Assembly: GCF_001194135.2 (NCBI RefSeq)
Contig: NC_068992.1
Span: 48,478,752 to 48,515,969 of the forward strand
Direction: 5' to 3'
From: Octopus bimaculoides
Taxonomy: Eukaryota
DNA length: 37,218 nt
This document shows, in pieces, positions 23,742 through 36,581 of the stretch. A program made the translations under genes and the position numbers. The notes below the pieces were generated by a model, which did no database searches, was not told the DNA's origin, and was given only the letters and a program-made list of their open reading frames with translations. Every line of letters starts with the position of its first letter. Within the stretch, counting starts at the first letter, position 1.

Positions 23742-24576
23742 ATATTTATATATTTGATCCTTTATATTGAACACTCAATATTTCATCTACATTCAATACT
23801 TTATTTCATGGTGCCATCCATTTTTATTTTATTTTATATTATATATTGTATATTATATTATATATTGTATATTCCATATTCTATATCCCACACTGGTTCT
23901 GCAGGAATATAAATAAAACATAAAAAACAGACAGTGTTGGAACTCTTTTAAACAAAATAATATATTCCTCTATACACAATCATACAAAAAAAAAACCTTT
24001 TTTGTATTTATNNNNNNNNNNNNNNNNNNNNNNNNNNNNNNNNNNNNNNNNNNNNNNNNNNNNNNNNNNNNNNNNNNNNNNNNNNNNNNNNNNNNNNNNN
24101 NNNNNNNNNNNNNNNNNNNNNNNNNNNNNNNNNNNNNNNNNNNNNNNNNNNNNNNNNNNNNNNNNNNNNNNNNNNNNNNNNNNNNNNNNNNNNNNNNNNN
24201 NNNNNNNNNNNNNNNNNNNNNNNNNNNNNNNNNNNNNNNNNNNNNNNNNNNNNNNNNNNNNNNNNNNNNNNNNNNNNNNNNNNNNNNNNNNNNNNNNNNN
24301 NNNNNNNNNNNNNNNNNNNNNNNNNNNNNNNNNNNNNNNNNNNNNNNNNNNNNNNNNNNNNNNNNNNNNNNNNNNNNNNNNNNNNNNNNNNNNNNNNNNN
24401 NNNNNNNNNNNNNNNNNNNNNNNNNNNNNNNNNNNNNNNNNNNNNNNNNNNNNNNNNNNNNNNNNNNNNNNNNNNNNNNNNNNNNNNNNNNNNNNNNNNN
24501 NNNNNNNNNNNNNNNNNNNNNNNNNNNNNNNNNNNNNNNNNNNNNNNNNNNNNNNNNNNNNNNNNNNNNNNNNNNN

Positions 24577-24618
<42 letters not shown>

Positions 24619-24950
24619 ACAGAAAGACAGACAGGTAGATAGACAGAGATTGAGAGGTAGAGAGTAAGAAACAGTGATAAGAAAAGAGAGAAAGGGAGAG
24701 AGAGTAAGAGAGAGGGAGATAGAGAGAAGAATAGGGGGTAAGAGAGAGTAAAATGAGAGGTGATATTGTGTGTGAGGAAGATAGGGTGATGGAGGAAGAA
24801 ACAAACAGGTAAGAAAGATTAGATAGGTAAATAAATAAATAATTAGACACATAGATATATCGATCAATAGATGAATCGATTGATAGATAGGTTGATCAAT
24901 AGATAGATAGACTGATAGACAGACGGATAGGTAAAGAGAGAGAATGGGTG
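24577..24950. repeat. TA/GA/GATA-rich low-complexity region
   Basis: Direct reading. Confidence 0.85.
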
Positions 24951-25127
24951 TAGCAGAAAAACAGTCAACTGTTACATTTGGTGTTGATGGAATTATTGAA
25001 CGAAGCAGTAGCAGCGGCAGCAACTGCAGCATTATCAGCAGCAGTGCTGTGTTGAAATAATTTCCAATTCATCAATTTAATAACACAGTGGATTGTTGTT
25101 GATTTCTAATTAAGTCGACTATAACAA

Positions 25128-25132
25128 CAAAT

Positions 25133-25171
<39 letters not shown>

Positions 25172-25567
25172 GCGACTGCAGTGATAAACGTATCACAACA
25201 ACCATCAGCAATATCGGCAGCAGCAGCAGCAGAAGCAGCAGCAGCAACAGCATTATCACCATAAGAATTACCAATTACAAGAACAGCACAAATATCATCA
25301 AGACGTCTTGTTCACTATCAGCAGCACCACAACCAATGCCATCACACTCATCATCAACACCAACACCAACATCACTTCCATCAACACCATCACTACCAAC
25401 ATCATCATCACTAGCACCGTCGCCACCGACGCCACCACCACCACCGTCACCATCACCAACACCACTGTCATCTCCAGCACCGCCACCGCCATGATGATGA
25501 CGACGACGACGATGACAACGTAGCAGATGATGATTGATGATTGATGAAAGCAATGTCGAGAACGATT

Positions 25568-25647
<80 letters not shown>

Positions 25648-25652
25648 CACCG

Positions 25653-25689
<37 letters not shown>

Positions 25690-25700
25690 TATTATTATTA
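25128..25700. repeat. Trinucleotide mosaic (CAA, CAG, CAC, TCT, TAT, CAT)
   Basis: Direct reading. Confidence 0.9.
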
Positions 25701-25744
25701 TGTTAACGATAATGTGTTTTTCTTAATATCATTTGTTTTGTGTT

Positions 25745-26271
25745 TGCATATTGTTGTTGTAACATCACCAGCATAAAAGCACACATACAGAAATACATCG
25801 GGTTTACGAACAGCCTGTTCAAGCTTATCACTCACAAATTCTTCCTTCAGGATTGCAGAGAGGCGCAACACCACGTCCTTGACCAGCTACATATGACGTT
25901 TAATAGAGGAGCGCACACTATCCATAATTAAATGGAGGCTCCATGAACAACTTGAACTGTACCTCAGTGAGAGCAAAGAATATAAGCTTTGCTTGGTTAA
26001 AACAGCAAAAAAAAACCCTCAAAAACTCACTTGATTCAGAGACATTTTTAAGCCCCACCAAAAAGAAAACAAATGTTTAATCAGTGTCCTCATGAGAGAA
26101 AATACGTATTTAAAACATAGAATTCCCTGTTTGCCGACGAGGGGAATGCAGCCAATTAAAGCCGGCCTGCCATAAAGACAATCGGAATCGATCTAAAGAG
26201 GATAGATAACTCAGCCCCACCCATAAGAATTACCAATTAGAAGAATAGCACAAATATCATCAAGACGTCTT
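25745..26271 (+). mobile_element. Penelope-like GIY-YIG endonuclease 3' remnant plus putative 3' UTR
   Basis: QKYIGFTNSLFK, then after a frameshift SFRIAERRNTTSLTSYI*RL..IKWRL..SKEYKLCL. Matches PLE YIG..FK..HxxSF..TxLSxYIW..IKW..CxLC. Confidence 0.75.
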
Positions 26272-27067
26272 CCACCAATATTAACATATCCCGGAGAGAG
26301 GTGACAATATTCGCAATGAATTTGATATGACGAAGCATACTGCTTAGCGGGTGCCACGTCGTCTGGCACCTGATCAAATGCATAAAATCCTGATCGCATG
26401 ACAGGAATATCTGACATTGTCTGAGAGAGATCCAGCTGACTTCCATGAACACTTCCTGATCCAGGATAAATGTTGCCTTCATCACTTTGAGCCAGAGGCA
26501 AAGCGGAAATCCGTATCCCCTTTCACCTACTCCAAAGAAGAGCAAGGCTGTTCCATCTGCCAGGAAGGTGACGGCCTCAGTTTATCGGTTTACAAACGCT
26601 ATTGTGTTTACTATGTTCAAAAGGGCCACAACATCAATGGTGAGTACTGTGCTAACTTGCTGAGGCACTTACTAACGCCCAGGAAAACTAAGGGGTCTTG
26701 TTTCACCAGGACAATACTCCGGCTCACAAGTCTTGATTTCAATGGCTGCTGTACCCGAATGTGACTTTGGTTAATCACACTCACGATTTTCCTGATTTGG
26801 CCCCATCTGACTATCATCTGTGCCGCAACATGAAAGAACAAATGACTGGGAACCAGTTTTCGCAGTGATGATCACATCATAAATACTGTTGATGACTTTT
26901 TTCACCAACTGTATGAAATGTTTTTAACCAATGTGATCCAAGCGCTGCAGTACCAACAGAAGAGGTGTGTGGACCGCAAGGGGGAATATGTTGAAAAACA
27001 AATCTCATTTGGTCACATTCATGATTTGTATCTATCTTGTTCAGGCTATCAACTTTCCAGCCGACCT
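26272..27067 (+). mobile_element. Mariner transposase remnant, 3' two-thirds with right end
   Basis: VPRRL, HHFEPEAKRKS, GHNINGEY, HQDNTPAHK, DLAPSDYHL and KRCVDRKGEYVEK, with many frameshifts. Ends next to TA. Confidence 0.88.
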
Positions 27068-27429
27068 ATATATNNNNNNNNNNNNNNNNNNNNNNNNNNN
27101 NNNNNNNNNNNNNNNNNNNNNNNNNNNNNNNNNNNNNNNNNNNNNNNNNNNNNNNNNNNNNNNNNNNNNNNNNNNNNNNNNNNNNNNNNNNNNNNNNNNN
27201 NNNNNNNNNNNNNNNNNNNNNNNNNNNNNNNNNNNNNNNNNNNNNNNNNNNNNNNNNNNNNNNNNNNNNNNNNNNNNNNNNNNNNNNNNNNNNNNNNNNN
27301 NNNNNNNNCTTAGATGCTTCCTTCACAAAAATACGTATACACACAGAAACGTATGTACGAAAATGAATAAATACACGCACACACACACACACACACACAC
27401 ATACACAGATATATATATACATATATATG

Positions 27430-27513
<84 letters not shown>

Positions 27514-27575
27514 GAGAGAGAGAAAGAAAGAGAGACAGGGGGAGGGAGGGTTAAGTCAATCTGTATAAATACATA

Positions 27576-27595
27576 TAGGAGACGTATGTCTCCTA
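27576..27595. other. Perfect 8-bp hairpin TAGGAGAC-gtat-GTCTCCTA
   Basis: Direct reading; function unknown. Confidence 0.5.
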
Positions 27596-27887
27596 CTTAC
27601 AGTCATAAATATCTGTGAATGTATTATTAATTATTTATTATTCAACACTTTATCGACTTTGTTACGACTTCGTCGCTATCGTGACCAAAAATAACAGAAA
27701 ATCGTAAAACCACATCTCTCATTAAAGGAAAACACTAAATAAAAATTTTAAGTAAAATTAATCAGCTAAATAATTAATTACATACTTCCAACGCAAACGC
27801 TCCCTAGCTTCCAAATATGGTTGAGTATGTAGCTTAGGCATGTGCGAAACGTGATGGGGCAGCGTGTGGAATTTTCGTTTCAATGTA

Positions 27888-28827
27888 TTGGGTTATCGGA
27901 TAATTTCGATTACTTCTTTCCACTGTTATTTGAATTAACATGAACATTATTTTTATCGCAGCGTTTTACGCGTTTTTGTTGTTGCTGTTGTTTTGTTTTC
28001 TTCTTTGTCGTATCCTTCCTCTTCAATCTTACTTATCCTGTTTTTGAAATTTGAATAAATTTTATCATTTTTTTTAGATATACGTCGATGGAGTTCCAAG
28101 TAGAAAAAAGTGACTGTTCTCGATACTTGCTTCTCTTCGCTTTCACACAAGATTTCATATCTGCCAAAGCCGTTCGAGATATTTGCGCTGCGAACGGTAA
28201 AAGCGCCATGACTGAAAGAACCTGCACAGAACTGATTCCCACGCTTCAAGCATAAGAAATTTAACCTCACAGTCTCTCCTTGTTCCAGCCAACTCGTTCA
28301 TTTCAATGAGAATCGATTTAACGAGCTTATTCACGAGAATGCGTGCCAATCCACTAAAGAATTCGCTCAGCAGATGGAATGCTCTCATCACTATCGTTTC
28401 CCATTACATTCAGTCGATGGGTAAGGTCCAAAAATTTGGTGCAACTGAGCCACAGATTCTGAACAAAAGAGACAAACTACAACGCTTTTCTGTTGCCACT
28501 AGTTTGCTCAAGCATCCACCGTTCTACTCTACTCAACGTATTCTCCCCACAAAGCTCATTTAGATTATAACCGTTTTAGTCTCTGCCCAAAACTCCGCGA
28601 AGAATTTCACTCAACATCGACGTAAAACTGAAAAAGTGGCTCGATGAATTCTCTGAGTCAAGACCCAATGATTTATACCGCCAGGCCATTGATAGTCTAG
28701 TGGAATATTGGTAAGAAGTCGAAAACAATGAAGGAACATATGTTACTGACTGATGTATTAAAACTGTCGAAGAAAAATAACGGTCAAGATGAAAGTGAAA
28801 TCTAAATGAATTTATCTACCAACCTAA
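27888..28827 (+). mobile_element. Internally deleted mariner with both TIRs
   Basis: TA-TTGGGTTATCGGATAATTTC on the left and GAATTTATCTACCAACCTAA-TA on the right. ATG at 28088 gives MEFQVEKS..LLFAF..AVRDICA..TERT, then MGKVQKFGA. The catalytic region is largely missing; C-terminal WLDEFSES..Y.TD is present. Confidence 0.85.
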
Positions 28828-28874
28828 TAAGCATTCCTTTCGGGTAACAAAGTTCTGTTTCTCGAGTCTATGAC

Positions 28875-28877
<3 letters not shown>

Positions 28878-28941
<64 letters not shown>

Positions 28942-29629
28942 NNNNNNNNNNNNNNNNNNNNNNNNNNNNNNNNNNNNNNNNNNNNNNNNNNNNNNNNNNN
29001 NNNNNNNNNNNNNNNNNNNNNNNNNNNNNNNNNNNNNNNNNNNNNNNNNNNNNNNNNNNNNNNNNNNNNNNNNNNNNNNNNNNNNNNNNNNNNNNNNNNN
29101 NNNNNNNNNNNNNNNNNNNNNNNNNNNNNNNNNNNNNNNNNNNNNNNNNNNNNNNNNNNNNNNNNNNNNNNNNNNNNNNNNNNNNNNNNNNNNNNNNNNN
29201 NNNNNNNNNNNNNNNNNNNNNNNNNNNNNNNNNNNNNNNNNNNNNNNNNNNNNNNNNNNNNNNNNNNNNNNNNNNNNNNNNNNNNNNNNNNNNNNNNNNN
29301 NNNNNNNNNNNNNNNNNNNNNNNNNNNNNNNNNNNNNNNNNNNNNNNNNNNNNNNNNNNNNNNNNNNNNNNNNNNNNNNNNNNNNNNNNNNNNNNNNNNN
29401 NNNNNNNNNNNNNNNNNNNNNNNNNNNNNNNNNNNNNNNNNNNNNNNNNNNNNNNNNNNNNNNNNNNNNNNNNNNNNNNNNNNNNNNNNNNNNNNNNNNN
29501 NNNNNNNNNNNNNNNNNNNNNNNNNNNNNNNNNNNNNNNNNNNNNNNNNNNNNNNNNNNNNNNNNNNNNNNNNNNNNNNNNNNNNNNNNNNNNNNNNNNN
29601 NNNNNNNNNNNNNNNNNNNNNNNNNNNNN

Positions 29630-29661
<32 letters not shown>

Positions 29662-30060
29662 CAATATGTATATATATATGTATGTATAAATACACACATA
29701 CACATATATGTGTTTGTGCTTACAAAGACAGATGTATATAGATATAATATATTTCTGCATAAATGCGAAAAACAAATTATTTCGTTTATTTGTTACATAA
29801 AACTTACAACCACACTCACACGCACATATAGACACACATACACACACACACATATACATACATATATATATATATACATAAATATATATATATATGCATA
29901 CATGCACATGCACAAGCATTAGTATATGTGTGTATATGTGGGGTGCATGTGCATTTGCATATATATATATATGTATATATATATACATGCATATATATAT
30001 ATTCATGTATACTTGTATATCTGTATATGCATATATGTGGATGCATGGATGCGTGTAAGT
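28878..30060. repeat. (GA)n, N-gap and TA/CA microsatellites
   Basis: Direct reading. Confidence 0.9.
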
Positions 30061-30447
30061 ATGTAAGAGAGAAGCTTTGTATGTGCGTATATATGTATGT
30101 GTGGTGGGGTGTATTAAAAGTATATAAACAGACGACAAGACTTTCTCGATTGATTGGTGAGAATCGTTTAAGAGCGTGCTTTATCGTTAGAGTGCTGAAG
30201 AGAAAGTCTCTATGTGTGAGTAAGAGGCTGTCCGTTGATATATTGTGCGTCCATGTGTGTGTGAGGGTATGTGCGTGTGCGAGCGAGCTATGTATCTCTT
30301 TGTGTCTGCGTCTTTGCCTGTGGCTGTGAGTATCCGCGCGAAGAAATACATAGACGCGGGAGCGCACGCTCATTGATTTGGTTCGATTGATTTTTTAAAA
30401 GATATAAATTTATATTAGCAAGTTTCGAACGTTACAAGAAAGTATAT

Positions 30448-30459
30448 TTGTGTGTGTGT

Positions 30460-30525
<66 letters not shown>

Positions 30526-30643
30526 ACACACACACACATGTATATATATATATCCATATATATACATACACCCCCACACACATATAGATACATTATATAT
30601 ATATACATATATAATAGGTATATACATATGTAAGTATATAGAG

Positions 30644-30739
<96 letters not shown>

Positions 30740-31030
30740 CTACACACATACATAAGCCCAAGTAAATGTTACAGATACGTGCATACACACATTCACATCC
30801 ACGTATGCATACACACACATGCACACACACAGAGAAGCTTATACATGCACGCTAGCATAAAATAAACATACAACCGTAGTGTACACACAACAGAAAAGCA
30901 ATTAATATAGAAATGAACGCACATGTATAATTTATATATGTATATATANNNNNNNNNNNNNNNNNNNNNNNNNNNNNNNNNNNNNTATATATAAGGGCGA
31001 AGACATAACGCAAAAAGGCGCACACATGTT

Positions 31031-31082
<52 letters not shown>

Positions 31083-31193
31083 TGATATAGTTATACAAAG
31101 AGACGGAGAGAAATGCCATTTAGTAAGAAGGGGTAAAATCACATGTAAAAATAGAAAAGGAATTTGTTAAGTCACAATAAGTAAATGATAATC

Positions 31194-31239
<46 letters not shown>

Positions 31240-31301
31240 TGATGATAATAATAATAATAATAATAGTAATAATAATAATGATAATAATAATAATAATAAT
31301 G

Positions 31302-31386
<85 letters not shown>

Positions 31387-32479
31387 TAATAATGACAACA
31401 ACAGCAACAACAACAGTACCAACAGGAGCAACAACAATAACAACCATAATAACTGTCATTGTTGTGTTGCAGTTATCATTACTATTATTATTACCGCTGT
31501 ATTTGTCAAATAAATGAGGGAAAAGCAGTAGGAGACGGATGAGGAAAAGTAAAAGGTGATGGAAAGAATAATCTAAAAAAGAGAAAAGGGAGGAAGGTAG
31601 ATGATGATGATGATGATGATGATGACGTTGATGATGATGATGATGATGTTGATGATGAAGAAGAAGAAGAAGAAGAAGAAGAAGAAGAAGAAGAAGAAGA
31701 AAGAGTAGGAGGAGGAGAAGGAGGANNNNNNNNNNNNNNNNNNNNNNNNNNNNNNNNNNNNNNNNNNNNNNNNNNNNNNNNNNNNNNNNNNNNNNNNNNN
31801 NNNNNNNNNNNNNNNNNNNNNNNNNNNNNNNNNNNNNNNNNNNNNNNNNNNNNNNNNNNNNNNNNNNNNNNNNNNNNNNNNNNNNNNNNNNNNNNNNNNN
31901 NNNNNNNNNNNNNNNNNNNNNNNNNNNNNNNNNNNNNNNNNNNNNNNNNNNNNNNNNNNNNNNTGAAGAAAATGGATGTGACTCAAGAAAAGGAGACGGA
32001 AGGGGAGCAAAAGGAGGAAGAGGGGGAAGGGGAAGAAGAAGATTGGGAGGAAGCTGTAGGGGAAGAAGCAGAAGTGGAGGTGCAGAAGGGGAGTAGGCAG
32101 TGGATAGAAGGAGTAGTAGTAGTAATGACGATGATGATGACGAAGAAGAAGAAAGCAGGAGGAGGAAGTGGAGGAGGAGGAAAATATATATTTAAATGTG
32201 AGTGAAAAAAACGAATATGTATTGGCGAGGTTATTGATTGATGGTAAAATGTGCACTGGTGTAATCGATTCCAATCGAAAAGTTGCACATTTTGCTTGCT
32301 TGTTATTGTTGTTGTTAATTTATGGTAATGGGGTTGAAGGGGGTGTTATGTTTAGTTTTATATATAAGAGTACGTATGCATGCGTGTATGTATAAACATA
32401 CATACATTTATCAGTCTATACATAGATATACATATACATACATATATGTACATATATGTGTGTGTGTATGTACTTTGTA

Positions 32480-32517
<38 letters not shown>

Positions 32518-32527
32518 NNNNNNNNNN

Positions 32528-32566
<39 letters not shown>

Positions 32567-32717
32567 TTATATATATTCATATACATGTATATATATATAT
32601 ATATGTGCATATACATCGACACACACACATGCATAAACAAGTGTGTATGTATAAAATTACACCTGTACGTATATGCATACATATATACGTATGTAAGCAT
32701 GTATGTATGTATGCACA

Positions 32718-32809
<92 letters not shown>

Positions 32810-32982
32810 CATGTGTATGTATATATATATATATGTGTGTGTGTATATATATATATTTGCGTGTGTATGTATATATGCATATATGTCTATTTTTTATATT
32901 ATCATTATTATTTATGTTTTTATTAACATTTTTGTTCTCCTTTTTCTTCTTTTTCTTCTTCTTCTTCTACTTCTTATTACTC

Positions 32983-33055
<73 letters not shown>

Positions 33056-33075
33056 CATTATTATTATATAAAAGA
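30448..33075. repeat. Microsatellite-dominated block: (CA)n, (TA)n, (GATA)n, (AAT)n, (GAT)n/(GAA)n/(GGA)n, (TAT)n, with gaps
   Basis: Direct reading. Confidence 0.9.
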
Positions 33076-33969
33076 CATTATCATTATTATCATTGTTATA
33101 ACATTACATAAAATTCTAATTCAAAATATAATAAATATACACGGAAAACACATATAACCCCCAAAAAGAAAGAACTATTAAACAGCAAGTGGAAAATAGG
33201 AAAATACCAATGAGAACAGCAAAAGAGGTAAACAGAATTATTAAGACTGATTTCCTGAATACGCCAAGTAAATCCTCATTTAAATTCCTCTCCAAGAATT
33301 TCGAATAAAGAATATTTGAAAAAATCCACACAAATAATCATTGAGAAGAAATTAAAATAATAAAACTATTTCAAAATCATTCACCGTGTTGTTATATTAG
33401 TTGTAGTTGTTGTTGCTGTTTTTATTTTATGTTTTTGTTGCTGCTACTGCTGCTGCTGTTGTTGTTGTTGTTATTATTGTTGTTATTGTTGGCTTCTGGT
33501 GTCAGTTGTTCTTGTTTCATTTTGTTTATTTGTTTTATTTTTTGCATTTGTATTTTATGTTTTGTTTTGCTTATATGCTGGTGTATATTCTTATATATAT
33601 TAATGTCGCCATGAACTGTAAAGTGAACATTTGCATGCATGCATGTGTTTGTACCCACCTCACAAATATGTGTGTGTGTGAGAGAGAGAGAAGAGAGAGA
33701 GAAAGAAAGAGAGAGTGTGTGTGCGTATGAGTTTGCGCATTCATACACATATATAAACATATGAATATGTGTGAATAAACATTTGCGTGCTTAAATCACA
33801 CACACCCGCACATATATATATATGTATTCATACATTTACATACACATACATGTATATACACATACGCCAACATTCACAACACCCCTATATATATATGTAT
33901 ATGTATATATNNNNNNNNNNTATATATTTACATACAGGCACACTTACTCACACACACACACACACACAT

Positions 33970-34040
<71 letters not shown>

Positions 34041-34043
<3 letters not shown>

Positions 34044-34779
34044 CGTTGGCAAGAAAGTAATTTCGTTTTTTTGCAAAAAGAGTTATGATTTTTATTAATG
34101 ACTTTGCCAATGCAATGATTTTTTTTCCTTTGGACATTTGATAGCCGTTACTTTTAGCTTACTTTAGCAGTAAATTGCGCGTAATTTTGTTTACAGCCGT
34201 TAGTTCAGTGTCGATTTTAACATGGAGTAAAAAAAAAGGAACATTTTGGCTATATTTTAATTTTTTATTTTCGTAAAGGCAAGAAAGCTGTTGGGGCTCA
34301 CAAAGAGATATGTGAAATTTATGGTGTTGACTGCTTAACAGAATGCACATGTCAGAAATAGTTTTAAAAATTCTCTTCTGGAGATTTTTGACTCAAAGAT
34401 GATCCACGTTCTGCTTGACCTTCTGAAGTTGATGATGACCAAATTAAAGCCATAATTGCGAGAGATTGCAGAGAGGTTAAATTTGTCACACACAACAATT
34501 GAAAATCACTTAATATATCTTGGACTTGTTAAGAAATTCGACACTTGTGTTCCACATAAATTCAAAGCGATTCACTTAATATAACGAATCAATATTTGCG
34601 ATATGCATCTCAAACGAAATGTAATCGACCATTTTTTCAAACGAATCATCACCGGTGATGAAAAATAGATTGTTTACAATAACATCAGTCGAAATCGATC
34701 ATGGTCCAAGCTGAATTGCATCAACAAAGGCCATGCTGTCAATTTGGTTGGATTACATAGGTGTTGTGTATTTTGAAGC
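34041..34779 (+). mobile_element. Mariner remnant, left TIR plus N-terminal two-thirds of the transposase
   Basis: TA-TTGCGTTGGCAAGAAAGTAATTTCG TIR; FRKGKKA..EICEIYG, REIAERLNLSHTTI, CVPH, RIITGDEK*IVYNN and MLSIWLDYIGVVYFE. Confidence 0.9.
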
Positions 34780-36085
34780 GGAACTACTATTAATTTTAAA
34801 CAGAGATATTCTGCACATATAAACTCACTTACGTATGAGGAACATAGTAAATCTACCTCTCTAGCCAACCATATACACCATCTAATAAATAGAAAGGTAC
34901 CATACTGGATATCCTAGGCCATAATAGATTCTGGGGTCCCATACCAAGGCTAGCGATCCACTTGCGGACTATGCATAAAAGAAGCCTTTCAAATATCATT
35001 GCATAATTCACCGCAATTACTAAATACACAAAGCAAACATTTTCTACATGTCATAGTTTCTATCACACCTTTAAATTACTCCATTGTCCCAAATGCAAAC
35101 AAAATCAACCCGCTTAACACATCCATCTATATGTATTATGTATGTATATGTATGTGTGTATATGTGCGTGCCTTATATGTACGCTTAAGTGCATATGTGT
35201 ATAAGTATGTGTTAGGTCTTAAATTTTAATTCTGAATTTTAGGTTTAATTCTTAATCCTTTATTTCATGTCATTTAATGGCTATGAAGCTTGGGATGCAA
35301 TTATAAATATTTGCACTAAACTGTTGTCCCATAACCTTGCTTAGATTGGCCTTCCACTCTCACTCTACAGAAAATTTAAGGTTTAACCTCGAACCACTAT
35401 ACAATACTGACATATCTATATCGTAACCTTTACTTTTATTTATTCATTTTTATCTTTACCCTGTTACCTCTATCTCATTTTATTTTTATTCCCTTTCTCC
35501 TCTCTCTCATACACACTCAGTCACAAAACTCATTTAGGATATATCTGTCATTACTTATTATTTTATTTTTATTTTTATTTTATTCTTATTTTTCCCTTTT
35601 ATCACTATCCTATTGTAATCCTTTCTCCTGTCTCTGTTTCACTCTTTATCCCACCCTCTCTCTCATGTACCCACTCACAAAACACATTTCTATCCATCAT
35701 ACTTTCTTGCTCTGTATACACATTTACAATATGAATACATCATTGAGAATACTGCCAAAATACTGCCTGGATTTACCTGGGATTTTAACTAAAAAACTGT
35801 GTCTTCATGGAAGTACCGACCAAAATCCATATCCTGTGAAAAATGATGAATTGCGAGCATTATTCTCCTGCCTTTATTATTCTATCTATTTTTAGTCTTT
35901 ATTCTTGTTTTGTACTACTTTATTCTTCTATTTCATTCCATATAAACTGTGAATTTTATTCCTTGTAAACTGAAAATTTTCCCCGTCTAAAATATTCATA
36001 CCTTGTCTCTAATGACGGATTACCCAGTGCTCGGACATGCTAACCAAACACATGTGTTAACCCAGAAACTGCAGTTAGACTTCAT
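34780..36085 (+). mobile_element. 5'-truncated Penelope-like element: GIY-YIG C-terminus, long 3' UTR, terminal hammerhead-like motif
   Basis: GTTINFKQRYSAHINSL..STSLANHIHHL..S*AIID..TCGLCIKEAF..LLN in a single frame from 34780. The UTR extent is inferred from the terminal hammerhead-like motif. Confidence 0.75.
36005..36080 (+). ncRNA. Degenerate type-I hammerhead-like motif
   Basis: GTCT-CTAATGA-(stem II with long loop)-GAAAC TGCA GTT-AGAC, with a 10-nt palindrome AACTGCAGTT. Confidence 0.6.
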
Positions 36086-36184
36086 ATTCACCTTACCCTA
36101 ATTAAATTATTCTAAATGGCTTGAGATATTCATGAACTAAACTCCTCACAAGTGAATTAAGCCCCTAATATATATAGCTATTAG

Positions 36185-36378
36185 GGCGGCGAGCTGGTAG
36201 AATCGTTAGCACGCCGGGCGAAGTGCTTAGCGGTATTTCGTCTGCCGTTACGTTCTGAGTTCAAATTCCTTTCGGGGTTGATAAATTAAGTACCATTTAT
36301 GCACTGGGGTCGATGTTATCCACTCAATCCCTTTGTCTGTCTTTGTCTCCTCTATGTTTATCCCCCTGTGGGCAATAC

Positions 36379-36385
<7 letters not shown>
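36185..36385 (+). mobile_element. tRNA-derived SINE with a short internal deletion
   Basis: GGCGGCGAGCTGG head and GAGTTCAAATTCC B-box; family of 9601. Confidence 0.9.
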
Positions 36386-36420
<35 letters not shown>

Positions 36421-36459
36421 ATTTAAGGAATGGAGAAAACGCATGTTATAATTGCATAC

Positions 36460-36537
36460 TTTATTCCTACATATGTTTCAAAGGATTACACCCTGTGTGA
36501 TCCATAGGGATCTTTGATATTAAAATTGTAACCTTCT

Positions 36538-36542
<5 letters not shown>
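36460..36542 (-). ncRNA. Truncated type-I hammerhead-like motif, probably a PLE terminus
   Basis: Minus strand: TGATGA-GAAGGTTACA..TGTAATCCTTT-GAAAC ATAT GTA-GGAATAAA. C3 and the 5' strand of stem I are replaced by (TA)n. Confidence 0.6.
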
Positions 36543-36581
<39 letters not shown>

